Positions 38,790-48,138 of a stretch of DNA of 64,000 nt are shown here, piece after piece; positions within the stretch are counted from its first letter, which is position 1, and the number at the start of each line of letters is the position of its first letter. Where the stretch lies: assembly GCA_041659225.1 (NCBI GenBank), contig JBAZYR010000005.1, positions 7,282 through 71,281 on the forward strand, read 5' to 3'. Under the pieces are notes generated by a model. It was not told the DNA's origin and did not search any database. It saw only the letters and a program-made list of their open reading frames with translations. The translations under genes were made by a program, and so were the position numbers. Source of the DNA: Candidatus Staskawiczbacteria bacterium. Lineage in GTDB: Bacteria; Patescibacteriota; Minisyncoccia; Minisyncoccales; Staskawiczbacteraceae.

Positions 38790-39299
38790 ATGCATAAAAA
38801 AGATGATACAATCGCCGACGACGTTTCCCCTGAAGATACTTCGCCTGAGCCAAACCTGATCGAAGAGCTAAAGAAGCAAAAAGAAGAGTATCTAAGCGGC
38901 TGGAAGCGCGAAAGAGCAGATTTCCTGAACTATAAGCGCGAGGAGATGGAAAGAATTACAGATTTAATGAAATATGCTTCCGCTGAGTTGATTATAAAAC
39001 TGTTGCCGATACTTGATAACTTCATGGTTGCAGAGCAAAATATCCCACCGGAAGTTAAAGAAGATAAAAATATCGCAGGGCTTTTACAGATAAACCAGCA
39101 GTTAAAAGTTTTTCTGAAGTCTCAAGGCATTGAAGAAATAAAGGCAGTGGGAGAGAAATTCGATCCAAATTTCCATGAGGCAGTCGACGAAATAGAAGCG
39201 GAAGGAAAGGAGCACGGAATAATTGTCGAAGAAACTCAGCGCGGCTATACGCTGTATTCCAAAGTAATTAGGCCGTCAAAAGTAAAAATTGCAAAATAA
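38790..39299 (+). CDS. grpE: nucleotide exchange factor GrpE
   Basis: [14 protein letters not shown] and [14 protein letters not shown] motifs. 169 aa. Confidence 0.85.
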   Translation: MHKKDDTIADDVSPEDTSPEPNLIEELKKQKEEYLSGWKRERADFLNYKREEMERITDLMKYASAELIIKLLPILDNFMVAEQNIPPEVKEDKNIAGLLQINQQLKVFLKSQGIEEIKAVGEKFDPNFHEAVDEIEAEGKEHGIIVEETQRGYTLYSKVIRPSKVKIAK

Positions 39300-39316
39300 T
39301 TAAAATAATAAAAAAC

Positions 39317-41224
39317 ATGTCAAAAATTATTGGTATTGATCTCGGTACAACATTCTCGGCCGTTGCTGTTATGGAGGCCGGCCAGGCAAAAATCGTCGAA
39401 AACAAGGAAGGAACCAGAACTACGCCTTCAATTGTGGCAATGACTAAAGCCGGCGAGAGGCTCGCTGGAGTTTTAGCCCGCAGGCAGCAAATTACAAACC
39501 CTAAAAATACTATTTATTCCGTCAAAAGATTAATCGGCCGAAGATTTTCGGATAAAGAAGTCCAGACCGATAAAAAACTTCTGCCATACGAAATGAAGGA
39601 AGCCAACGACGGCGGAGTGGAAGTCAAACTTGGGGACAAGTGGCACAAAGCACCGGAAATATCTGCAATGATTTTACAAAAGCTACGACAGGACGCCGAA
39701 GAAAAACTCGGAGAAAAAATAACTGATGCAGTTATTACCTGCCCGGCATACTTTGACGACTCTCAAAGGAAAGCTACAAAAGTGGCGGGAGAAATTGCGG
39801 GCTTGAATGTAAAAATGATATTGAATGAACCAACAGCTGCTGCCTTAGCTTATGGCTTAAACAAGAAAAAGAACGAACAGGTATTAGTTTATGACTTCGG
39901 CGGAGGAACCTTCGACGTTTCCGTATTGGATATCAGGAAGGATCCGGACACGGTTGAGGTAATCGGCGTTGGAGGAGATACGCACCTTGGCGGTGATGAC
40001 TTTGACCAGAAAGTAATGGGCTGGATTATTGATACCTTTAAAAAAGAGCAGGGGATTGATTTATCAAAAGATCAGCTAGCCCTGCAAAGAATCAAGGAGG
40101 CGGCTGAGAAAGCAAAGATTGAATTATCCACCGCTATGGAAACGGAGATAAATCTTCCGTTTATTACGTCGGACGCATCCGGTCCTCAACATCTTTACTA
40201 CAAACTAACTCGGGCTCAATTAGAAAATTTAGTTAAGGAATATCTTGACCGATCCATTAAATTGGTTGACGAAACCTTGAAAGGAGCAAAGCTATCGGCC
40301 AAAGATATCGAGGAAATTGTTTTAGTCGGCGGACAAACAAGAATGCCCGCAATGCAGGAAGCTGTAAAACAATACTTCGGAAAGGAACCGAATAAATCCA
40401 TCAACCCGGATGAAGTTGTTGCCATCGGCGCGGCCATTCAAGGCGCAATAATGGGCGGAGATGCAAAAGAAGTTTTACTCTTAGATGCAACTCCATTGTC
40501 TTTAGGCATTGAAACCTACGGAGAGGTAAATACTGTTTTGATTGCTAAAAACACGATTTATCCTGCCTCCAAGACCCAGGTCTTTTCAACCGCTGCGGAC
40601 AGCCAAACCTCGGTAGAAGTTCATGTACTGCAGGGTGAAAGGCCAATGGCGCATGATAACAAAACAATGGGCCGGTTCATTTTAGACGGTATTCCGCCAG
40701 CTCCGCGCGGTGTCCCCCAGGTTGAAGTCAGTTTTGACGTTGATTCAAACGGAATTCTTAATGTATCAGCTAAGGATAAGGCAACCGGCAAATCCCAGTC
40801 GATACGAATTGAGGGAACTATTGGAATGTCAAAGGATGAAATAGAGAAAATGACGAAGGAAGCGGAATTGCACGCTGAAGAGGATCGCAAGAAAAAAGAC
40901 TTGATTGAATCAAGGAACCTAGCGGACCATTTAATATATACCTGCGAAAAAACCATTAAAGACGCAGGCGACAAGATTTCCCCTGAGCAGAAAAAAGAAG
41001 TTGAGGAGAAGTCTGAAGCGTTGAAGAAACTAAAAGATGGTGATAATATAGAAGAAATTAAAGCAAAAACCCAGGAGTTGTCTCAAATAATTCAGAAGAT
41101 TGGAACAGATTTGTATAAAGCGCAGCAAACACAACCCGGACCACAGCCCGAAACACAGCCGGGTAATGAAGAAAAAAAGGGACCCGAAGGGGCCGAGGAA
41201 GGGGAGTATAAAGAGAAAAAATAA
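39317..41224 (+). CDS. dnaK: molecular chaperone DnaK (Hsp70)
   Basis: [24 protein letters not shown] and [10 protein letters not shown] Hsp70 signatures. 635 aa. Confidence 0.95.
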   Translation: MSKIIGIDLGTTFSAVAVMEAGQAKIVENKEGTRTTPSIVAMTKAGERLAGVLARRQQITNPKNTIYSVKRLIGRRFSDKEVQTDKKLLPYEMKEANDGGVEVKLGDKWHKAPEISAMILQKLRQDAEEKLGEKITDAVITCPAYFDDSQRKATKVAGEIAGLNVKMILNEPTAAALAYGLNKKKNEQVLVYDFGGGTFDVSVLDIRKDPDTVEVIGVGGDTHLGGDDFDQKVMGWIIDTFKKEQGIDLSKDQLALQRIKEAAEKAKIELSTAMETEINLPFITSDASGPQHLYYKLTRAQLENLVKEYLDRSIKLVDETLKGAKLSAKDIEEIVLVGGQTRMPAMQEAVKQYFGKEPNKSINPDEVVAIGAAIQGAIMGGDAKEVLLLDATPLSLGIETYGEVNTVLIAKNTIYPASKTQVFSTAADSQTSVEVHVLQGERPMAHDNKTMGRFILDGIPPAPRGVPQVEVSFDVDSNGILNVSAKDKATGKSQSIRIEGTIGMSKDEIEKMTKEAELHAEEDRKKKDLIESRNLADHLIYTCEKTIKDAGDKISPEQKKEVEEKSEALKKLKDGDNIEEIKAKTQELSQIIQKIGTDLYKAQQTQPGPQPETQPGNEEKKGPEGAEEGEYKEKK

Positions 41225-41227
41225 TAA

Positions 41228-42322
41228 ATGCCAAAGGATTACTACGCAATTTTAGGCGTCGCTAAAAATGCTTCTCAAGAAGAGGTGAAAAAAGCTTTTC
41301 ACCAGCTTGCGCATAAACATCATCCTCACAAGGGCGGAGACGAAAAGAAATTTAAGGAGATAAACGAAGCATACCAAGTTCTTTCGAGCAAAGAGAAAAG
41401 GGCGCAGTATGATCAATTCGGCCAGGTTTTTGACGGCGCAAACCCCGGCGGAGGCCAGCAAGGATGGGATCCTAATTGGTTTTGGGGGAGGCAAGGTCAA
41501 AATGTTGAGTTTGATATGGGCGACCTCGGAGATGTGTTTGGTGACATATTCGGTTTTAATTCGCGCAGCAATCGAAGAACAAAAGATATTAAAAAGGGTT
41601 CGGATATAAAAATCGAACTGGAAATATCTTTAGAAGATACACTGAGGGAATCCAAAAAAATTATTTCCCTCAAAAAATTAAATGCCTGTGGCCGCTGCCA
41701 AGGAAACGGGGCCGAGCCGGGGACGAAAGTAAACGAATGCTTTTCTTGTCGGGGTACAGGCCAAGTCCAGCAGATAAGAAAGACGATACTTGGATCTTTT
41801 ACCCAGACCACAATATGCCCTGAGTGCGGAGGAGAAGGCCAACGACCTGATAAACCCTGTAATGTTTGCCGCGGCGAAGGCAGGGTAAAAGGGGAACAGG
41901 ATATAGAAATATTCGTTCCTGCTGGAGTTGATACAAATCAACTGATCAAAATACCTGGAAAGGGTAACGCCGGCAGGAAGAACGGAAAGCCGGGCGATTT
42001 GTATATCCGAATAAGCGTAAAACCGCATGCGATTTTTAACCGAAGAGGAGATGATTTGTTTATCTTAAAGGAAATCGCTTTCAGTCAGGCGGCACTGGGA
42101 GATGAGATTGAAATACCAACTATAGAACGAACCGCCATTCTTTTAAACGTTCCCTCTGGCGTAGAATCGGGAAAAGTGTTAAAAATATCTGGTAAGGGAA
42201 TTCCTCGCTTTGGAGGCCGGGGAAGAGGGGATTTCTACGTCCAATTGATCGTTAAAACGCCGACAAAATTAAGCAGAAAACAGAAAGAATTGCTTGAACA
42301 ATTAAAAAGAGAGGGTCTTTAG
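41228..42322 (+). CDS. dnaJ: molecular chaperone DnaJ
   Basis: J-domain DYYAILGV...HPHKGGDE. Four CxxCxGxG zinc-finger repeats. 364 aa. Confidence 0.9.
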   Translation: MPKDYYAILGVAKNASQEEVKKAFHQLAHKHHPHKGGDEKKFKEINEAYQVLSSKEKRAQYDQFGQVFDGANPGGGQQGWDPNWFWGRQGQNVEFDMGDLGDVFGDIFGFNSRSNRRTKDIKKGSDIKIELEISLEDTLRESKKIISLKKLNACGRCQGNGAEPGTKVNECFSCRGTGQVQQIRKTILGSFTQTTICPECGGEGQRPDKPCNVCRGEGRVKGEQDIEIFVPAGVDTNQLIKIPGKGNAGRKNGKPGDLYIRISVKPHAIFNRRGDDLFILKEIAFSQAALGDEIEIPTIERTAILLNVPSGVESGKVLKISGKGIPRFGGRGRGDFYVQLIVKTPTKLSRKQKELLEQLKREGL

Positions 42323-42332
42323 GATATATCAC

Positions 42333-42407
42333 GCCCCTATAACTCAATGGTAGAGTAACAGCCTTTTAAGCTGTGAGTTGCAGGTTCGAGTCCTGCTGGG
42401 GGCACCA
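42333..42407 (+). tRNA. tRNA-Lys (anticodon UUU), CCA encoded
   Basis: Cloverleaf folded manually. Acceptor GCCCCUA/UGGGGGC. Anticodon stem ACAGC/GCUGU with loop CUUUUAA. T-arm GCAGG-UUCGAGU-CCUGC. 3' ACCA. Confidence 0.8.
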
Positions 42408-42410
42408 AAT

Positions 42411-42435
42411 TAATCCCGTTAGGGATTTTTTTGAC
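42411..42435 (+). terminator. terminator hairpin (ATCCC-GTTA-GGGAT + T7)
   Basis: Follows tRNA-Lys. The stem is followed by TTTTTTTGAC. Confidence 0.5.
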
Positions 42436-42494
42436 AAATAACAAAATTGTGATAATATATTTCTGACGTCCTTTTACAAAGAGGGAGGTAAACA

Positions 42495-43316
42495 ATGGCA
42501 TTGCGGGTAGCGATTTTTGGACCTTCAGGGATCGGTAAAACCCCCCTGAATAGTTTATTCAAAGTTTCCACCTGGGAACCATTTCGCATTCGATCTCCTC
42601 GGAACAAGGCCGAAGAGGGGATTTGCATGTCTCAACGCCGGTTTGAGCAATTGTTCGCCCAACAAAGCGGGAAAATCCCTATATACCGGGATCCAGACCC
42701 TTTAACGCGTCGCTTATACATATTCGAGGACTGGTCATTCTTCCGAATTCGCGGGACAGCCGATCAGTGCTTGGAGCATATCCCCGCAGCACGGGATTCT
42801 TCCCTGCCTTTGAAGATAGAAATCTATGCACCGATTTTTCTTCAGCTGTTGCGCCTTCATGGCCAATTTCCTGAAATAGCCGAAAAGGTCGTGTCGTGCG
42901 ATAACAAGGATTTACTGATCATACTGCTAAATCCGACTGGATTGACATACCTGGGAATGGAAAAGCCGATTAAACAATTGCGATCTGCCACTTTTACGGC
43001 GGTAGTAGAGCGGGCCCGCGTCCAGAATCTAAGCCGCAACCTTGACGAGGCGCGTCAAAGGGCCGACTATCTCGATGAGGAGCTGCCGGCTTGGCGGGAA
43101 TTAATGAGCGATGGTTATCCGGTTGTTGAATGCATCTATTGGCCATACTTTGAATTCAGTTACGGATCTGGCGACCTGGCCCGCGCTCGTGTTCAACTTA
43201 TGACCGCACGCCAATACATAATCGACTGCATCAGGAAGCAGTATCCGCACAAACTTGCGGAATTCCTGGATATAATCCGAACGCCGATGGAAATATCGAA
43301 GCTCGCCTGCATATGA
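42495..43316 (+). CDS. P-loop NTPase of unknown function
   Basis: N-terminal Walker A FGPSGIGKTPL. AGAGGGAGG RBS. TTGACA/TAATAT promoter-like hexamers upstream. No further recognisable motif. 273 aa. Confidence 0.45.
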   Translation: MALRVAIFGPSGIGKTPLNSLFKVSTWEPFRIRSPRNKAEEGICMSQRRFEQLFAQQSGKIPIYRDPDPLTRRLYIFEDWSFFRIRGTADQCLEHIPAARDSSLPLKIEIYAPIFLQLLRLHGQFPEIAEKVVSCDNKDLLIILLNPTGLTYLGMEKPIKQLRSATFTAVVERARVQNLSRNLDEARQRADYLDEELPAWRELMSDGYPVVECIYWPYFEFSYGSGDLARARVQLMTARQYIIDCIRKQYPHKLAEFLDIIRTPMEISKLACI

Positions 43317-43712
43317 GCGACGAAGGATATTTTTTCCTCGTCCTTTTCATCACCATAATTGTTATTGGTATTTACAAAAAATGTAAAACATAATACGTCA
43401 GCTAATCCAAGCCCTACGGGATCCGTTGGGGATTTTTTTTACTTGCAAATATTTATGCAAGAAATTATAATACAGACATGGCAAACATTCTTTATAAAAA
43501 AGTACCGCCTTCGATTGCGTACGGCCTCATTTTGGTCTTATCAGTTCTGGTGGGTGGATTCAGCTTTTTACAATAAGGCAGAATTTGCGTAATACTGGTA
43601 CCGCACAGCTTTCTTTGTTTGTTGTGCGTTTTTTTGACAAAACCTTAGGAATTTTGTATTCTATGTTTGGCGCCTTAACAATACTTGGTACTAAACAAAC
43701 AAGGAGGTTCTC

Positions 43713-43955
43713 ATGAAAGGTTTGCTTTTTAATGATCTTTGCTACAATCGAGCTAATACTTTGGACCACCGGCAAAGTTGGTGTGTCCAAATAAACGGGA
43801 AAAGATGTCATCTCATTTGCCACACTAAAGGTACTGCAGAAAAGCCCGAACATGATATAAAGGTCGGATATTGCGACGAAACCTGCGGGAAATACGCAGC
43901 TGTGCCTGCGGATATTTGGAAAGAAGCTCTCAGACAAATCGGGCTATTGCCCTAG
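43713..43955 (+). CDS. small Cys-rich protein (8 Cys, 80 aa)
   Basis: AAGGAGG RBS 6 nt before ATG. TTGACA ... TATTCT promoter-like hexamers at 43634-43662. Cys pattern C..C...C..C..C...CDETC. Terminator-like hairpin downstream at about 43985-44020. Confidence 0.4.
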   Translation: MKGLLFNDLCYNRANTLDHRQSWCVQINGKRCHLICHTKGTAEKPEHDIKVGYCDETCGKYAAVPADIWKEALRQIGLLP

Positions 43956-44105
43956 TCATCCTTTTCATCAGTCAGCGAATACGCCCAACGAACAACCAGC
44001 TCGTTCGGGCTCTTTTTTTTGCTGAAACTGCAGGTTGTAAAAATTTAAAAACTAGATATAATAAACTATTGCACCTTACAATTTAACGGAGAAGGGAGGT
44101 GTTGG

Positions 44106-44834
44106 GTGAAACGTATAGTTAACGAGCTCTGCCTTTTGTCCATCACAATTCCAATTGCATTTTTTCTCGGTGTCGGCCTAACTTTTCTCGACAAAATGGG
44201 ACGGATCAGAATTCTCCATAAAGAACGCTTTCCGTTTTGGAAACGAAGGCTGATTGTTGTTTCAAATCATCCGTCATTGCTTGAAACTGTTATAATCCCC
44301 ATCCTATTCTACCCTGAATTCTGCTTAAATCCTTTCTGGTACTCACCGTATAGCACTCCGGACAAAAGGAACTTCTACGACCGATGGTACTGGTTCTGGG
44401 CAAGACCCAGATTAATCCCGATCGACCGCAGTAACGGACGCAGCGAAGGCCGTTCGCTCCGCGACATGAAAGAAATTCTTGATAAACAAGGAATAATTGT
44501 CATCTTTGGCGAAGGCGGAAGAACCTTCAAGGGCAAGGAAGATGAATTTCTTTACAGCAAATACGGAAAACGGATCAGAAGGCTTACAAATGGGTTAGGT
44601 TGGTTGGTTTCCCGTACGAAAGCCCACATCCTACCTATTTGGGTGGAAGGCACAGATAGTATTCTACTAAACCACCCTGGCAAACTTTTTGCAGGCATTA
44701 ATCTGCGCGGAAAAGCTAGCATTCGAATCGGGAATATCCTTCGCCTTAACGCATCCCGGCGCTTCGGTTCAACCAAACAAATTACGAATAAAATAGAAGA
44801 AGCGCTTTTAGCGCTTGCAGATGAACAAGAGTAG
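44106..44834 (+). CDS. lysophospholipid (1-acyl-sn-glycerol-3-phosphate) acyltransferase family protein
   Basis: GGGAGG RBS, GTG start. SNHPSLLE (NHxxxxD-like block I). FGEGGRT (FPEGTRS-like block III). 242 aa. Confidence 0.6.
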   Translation: MKRIVNELCLLSITIPIAFFLGVGLTFLDKMGRIRILHKERFPFWKRRLIVVSNHPSLLETVIIPILFYPEFCLNPFWYSPYSTPDKRNFYDRWYWFWARPRLIPIDRSNGRSEGRSLRDMKEILDKQGIIVIFGEGGRTFKGKEDEFLYSKYGKRIRRLTNGLGWLVSRTKAHILPIWVEGTDSILLNHPGKLFAGINLRGKASIRIGNILRLNASRRFGSTKQITNKIEEALLALADEQE

Positions 44835-44861
44835 GTCCAAAACCTGCTCTTTTTACATGGT

Positions 44862-45563
44862 ATGGTTATATGGTACAATATGTATATGAAAACAATAATA
44901 AAAAAAGAAGTCGTGCGACTTCGTAAAATAGGAAAGACATATAGTGAGATTTTGCAAATAATTAGTCCGCAGGTAGCGAAAAGTACAATCTCAAACTGGT
45001 GTCGCAATATAATATTGACGCCGACACAGGAAGCGAGAATAAGCAATAAGATAGAAATAAATCTTGCAAATGCACAGTTGCGGTCGCTGGCTGTACGCCG
45101 GTTGAAAAGGAAGGATTATTTGGATTCAGTTGAACATCGGGTTAAGCACCTTAAAAATTACATTAAAAAGAAAGATGCAGCAAAGATTGCGCTTGCCATG
45201 TTATACTTAGGCGAGGGGTCAAAAGGTTTACACAGGGGATCGTTATGTTTTGGCAATTCCGACCCGGTTGTGATAAGTTTATTCTTGAGATTATTAAGGA
45301 AATGTTATAGTATAGACGAGAGGAAATTTCGTTGCACCGTCCAATGCAGGGCAGATCAGGATACTACCAGTTTGAATAAATTTTGGAGAGGAATCACGAA
45401 AATTCCGAAATCACAATTTTATAAGGCGCGAATCGACCCAAGAACTACCGGCAAGGTATCGAAAAAAGGTAAGTATAAAGGAGTTTGCAGAATAGACTAT
45501 TTTTCTGCCGATATTTTTACCGAGTTACAAATCATCCCACAGGTCGTTTTTAAGGGCTCATAG
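44862..45563 (+). CDS. LAGLIDADG-like endonuclease with N-terminal HTH, free-standing
   Basis: KIALAMLYLGEGSKG resembles the single LAGLIDADG motif (LAGFIDGDGS) with GEG in place of GDG. N-terminal HTH-like KTYSEILQII...STISNW. The 3' end overlaps tRNA-Ala by 10 nt. Confidence 0.4.
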   Translation: MVIWYNMYMKTIIKKEVVRLRKIGKTYSEILQIISPQVAKSTISNWCRNIILTPTQEARISNKIEINLANAQLRSLAVRRLKRKDYLDSVEHRVKHLKNYIKKKDAAKIALAMLYLGEGSKGLHRGSLCFGNSDPVVISLFLRLLRKCYSIDERKFRCTVQCRADQDTTSLNKFWRGITKIPKSQFYKARIDPRTTGKVSKKGKYKGVCRIDYFSADIFTELQIIPQVVFKGS

Positions 45564-45625
45564 CTCAGTGGTAGAGCATCGCTATGGCATAGCGGGGGTC
45601 GCGGGTTCGAGTCCCGCTGAGTCCA
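45554..45625 (+). tRNA. tRNA-Ala (anticodon GGC), no encoded CCA
   Basis: Acceptor GGGCUCA/UGAGUCC with G3:U70 (alanine identity pair). Anticodon stem UCGCU/AGCGG with loop AUGGCAU. T-arm GCGGG-UUCGAGU-CCCGC. Confidence 0.8.
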
Positions 45626-45807
45626 CAACGTTTTTCCAATATTTTCTCTCATAAAAAATCACGTTTTTATCTCAGCCCAATGGGGGATTAGAACCCTAAT
45701 CAGTAAAGGCGTTTTTTCATTTGACTTGCCCGTAAATTTGTTATAATTTTATTCAATAGCTTAGCGCTATATCAACTGTTCATTAAAAAGAAAGGAAACG
45801 GTGCTGA

Positions 45808-47436
45808 ATGATACACACGTTGAAAAAAGTTGATGAGCAAGCACTTTGTGAAATAGACGAAGAAAAGGCCATCCGTAAGACAAAAGAACTTTTTTTGTTG
45901 TTTTCTCTGGGTAGCCAGTTTGACCATCTAATCAAGCAGGCATTGGAGAAGCTTGGAGTATTCTGTCTGGTGGCAGATCCGAGCCAGGTAAGAGCGGCTG
46001 ATGTAAAAAAAGTCGGCCCAACCGGCATGATACTTTCCGGTGGTCCAGTGTCTGTTTATCAAGATTTCCTCCCGTTCGATAAAAGCATATTTGATTTAGG
46101 GATACCAGTTCTGGGCATCTGTTTAGGATTCCAACTGTGGGCCCATCATATTGGATGTTCTGTTAAACGATCTACAAAAAGAGAGTTTGGCACACACAAG
46201 CTCTCAGTCCTTGAATACGATGGAATCTTGGCGGGTTGCGAAGACGGGATGCCGGTTCTGGAAAGTCACGGAGATATGGTGGAGAAACTCGAAAGCCTTA
46301 CTCCAAGAAGCCTTATTGATGAATTTTTTGTTTTAGGAAGAACGGAGAATTCACCAGTTGCAGTTGCAAACTACAAACATCTTTGGGGAGTGCAGTTCCA
46401 CCCTGAAGTAACAGAGACAACGAAGGGCCTCACAATCTTCTCTAATTTCTGTTTCGGAATTTGTGGTGCTAATGATAGATATCCTGCCGAGAAAGTGTCC
46501 ATGCAGAAGATAGCCACATTGAGAGAGAAGATAGGCGACAAGAAGGTTTTATTAGCACTTTCCGGCGGTTCGGATTCTTCAACGGTTGCGTATCTTTTGA
46601 AAGCCGCCTTGTCCGGAAAAAATGGACAACTAAGAGCAGTCTATATCCGGGGCGTTGATCGTCCCGATGACGAAGCTCATGTCTTTGAGTATTTCGCAAA
46701 TCAGGAATGGGTTGAGCTAAAGGTTATTGACGCTACCGATCGTTTCTTGGATGTCCTTCGCGGAAAAGAAACGATGAAGGAGAAAAGGGTCGCGATGCGC
46801 GGCGTTTATAAGGATGTGCTTGAGGAGGAGATAATGGCGTTCGGCGCCAGCTTCATAGCACAGGGAACGCTTTACACCGACATTTCTGAAAGTGGTAAAG
46901 GTTACGCTACAAAAGCGACGAAGGCCCAAATTAAACTTCACCACAACGTAGGTCTGGAGTTTTCTGTAGAGGAACTCACTCCACTTGATGATTGTGTCAA
47001 GGATACGGGCCGAGATATTGGCCGTTCAGTTGGAGTTCCGGAATCTCTCCTTGTTCGCCAGCCATTCCCAGGGACCGGACTGATTGTGAGGATTGAAGGA
47101 GAAATTACTGCCGACAAGTTGAAAATCGCTCGCCAGATTGACGACATCTACATCAAAGGATTGCGCGAGCAGGGCCTCTATGATGGTGTCTGGCAGGCTG
47201 GAGCAGTAGTCACTCAGTCAATCACAACCTGCACAAAAGGCGACGATGCCGTAAGTGGTGTAGTCGTTGCTTTATGGGCAGTCTGGAGCGTCAACGGTTT
47301 CACTGCTCAAGCGGCAGAGCTTCCTTGGGATTTCATAAAGCGTATTTCTCAGAGGATTACCAACGAAATTCGTGAGGTCGGAGCTGTGGTTTACAGAACC
47401 TCAGACAAGCCACCGGCTACAATTGAATGGGGATAA
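45808..47436 (+). CDS. guaA: GMP synthase (glutamine-hydrolysing)
   Basis: GATase LGICLGFQL (catalytic Cys). PP-loop LALSGGSDSS. C-terminal dimerisation domain. 542 aa. Confidence 0.9.
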   Translation: MIHTLKKVDEQALCEIDEEKAIRKTKELFLLFSLGSQFDHLIKQALEKLGVFCLVADPSQVRAADVKKVGPTGMILSGGPVSVYQDFLPFDKSIFDLGIPVLGICLGFQLWAHHIGCSVKRSTKREFGTHKLSVLEYDGILAGCEDGMPVLESHGDMVEKLESLTPRSLIDEFFVLGRTENSPVAVANYKHLWGVQFHPEVTETTKGLTIFSNFCFGICGANDRYPAEKVSMQKIATLREKIGDKKVLLALSGGSDSSTVAYLLKAALSGKNGQLRAVYIRGVDRPDDEAHVFEYFANQEWVELKVIDATDRFLDVLRGKETMKEKRVAMRGVYKDVLEEEIMAFGASFIAQGTLYTDISESGKGYATKATKAQIKLHHNVGLEFSVEELTPLDDCVKDTGRDIGRSVGVPESLLVRQPFPGTGLIVRIEGEITADKLKIARQIDDIYIKGLREQGLYDGVWQAGAVVTQSITTCTKGDDAVSGVVVALWAVWSVNGFTAQAAELPWDFIKRISQRITNEIREVGAVVYRTSDKPPATIEWG

Positions 47437-47457
47437 AATCCTCAAAAAACCAAAATA

Positions 47458-47495
47458 AAGCCCAGAGATTATATCAAAGGGCTCTTTTGTTATTC
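47458..47495 (+). terminator. terminator hairpin (AAAGCCC...GGGCTCTTTTG) after guaA
   Basis: AGCCC/GGGCT stem followed by TCTTTTG. Confidence 0.45.
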
Positions 47496-47593
47496 CAAAG
47501 ACATATTAAATCATTAGTCGTAAATTTTCCCAGGTATTTAATTCCACTATTAATTGGTTCCAACTAAGTCGCAAGGAGTCCACAAAACCAAAA

Positions 47594-47629
47594 AGCCATC
47601 TTTTAATTAAGATGGTTTTTTGGTAGAAT
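47594..47629. repeat. intergenic hairpin + extended -10 module, copy 1 (AAGCCATCTTTTAATTAAGATGGTTTTTTGGTAGAAT)
   Basis: Hairpin with TTAATTAA loop and T-run, immediately followed by TGGTAGAAT (TGn -10). 40 nt upstream of the 47669 gene. Confidence 0.6.
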
Positions 47630-47668
47630 AGGGTAATTAAATTTCTTTATTTATAACTAAAAAAATCG

Positions 47669-48049
47669 ATGCAAAAATTATTAAATCTCACTCCACTATT
47701 CATCGTCGGTATATTAATTTTCGGTTTTGCCCTGAATCAGCAAAATATTGGCGCAGCGGACGCAAATACGCCCGCCGCTATAATCTCCCGGGAAACCAAG
47801 GAGTTCGATGTTCGGGCGTTCCGCTTTGGTTACGCCCCGAACCAAATTACGGTCAACAAAGGAGACCTTGTGAAGATACGAATTAGCAACACTGATACCT
47901 TGCACGGTATCCGAATTCCTTCACTAAATATACGTGGTAATGATGTCATTTCGTTTATCGCCAGCCGATCTGGAGAGTTCACGTGGTACTGTAACACTAT
48001 GTGTGGATCGGGCCACGAGAATATGCAGGGAAAATTAGTCGTGAAGTAG
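47669..48049 (+). CDS. cupredoxin-fold protein with CuA-like Cys-x3-Cys-x3-His-x2-Met motif, membrane-anchored
   Basis: N-terminal TM. C-terminal WYCNTMCGSGHENMQGKLVV resembles the CuA ligand set of CoxB-type cupredoxins. Confidence 0.5.
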   Translation: MQKLLNLTPLFIVGILIFGFALNQQNIGAADANTPAAIISRETKEFDVRAFRFGYAPNQITVNKGDLVKIRISNTDTLHGIRIPSLNIRGNDVISFIASRSGEFTWYCNTMCGSGHENMQGKLVVK

Positions 48050-48077
48050 GATAAGTTATATAGGATACATCCTAAAA

Positions 48078-48119
48078 GCCCCCTTTTAATTAAGGTGGTT
48101 TTTAGGTAGAATAAGAAGC
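48078..48119. repeat. intergenic hairpin + extended -10 module, copy 2 (AAGCCCCCTTTTAATTAAGGTGGTTTTTAGGTAGAAT)
   Basis: Same architecture and loop as copy 1. 20 nt upstream of the serpin gene. Confidence 0.6.
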
Positions 48120-48138
48120 ATAATTAAACGACAAATAT

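Noticed and set aside
43320-43445. Hairpin plus T8 run downstream of the P-loop gene (about 43400-43440) and the weak ORF 43359..43592
   Set aside because: The hairpin is imperfect. The ORF lacks an RBS and spans a promoter region. Insufficient evidence for either a terminator-defined sRNA or a gene.
43560-43937. 125-aa minus-strand ORF overlapping the plus-strand Cys-rich small protein
   Set aside because: The plus-strand ORF has a textbook AAGGAGG RBS and TTGACA/TATTCT promoter-like hexamers. The minus-strand ORF has neither and would be the only leftward gene in a long rightward block.
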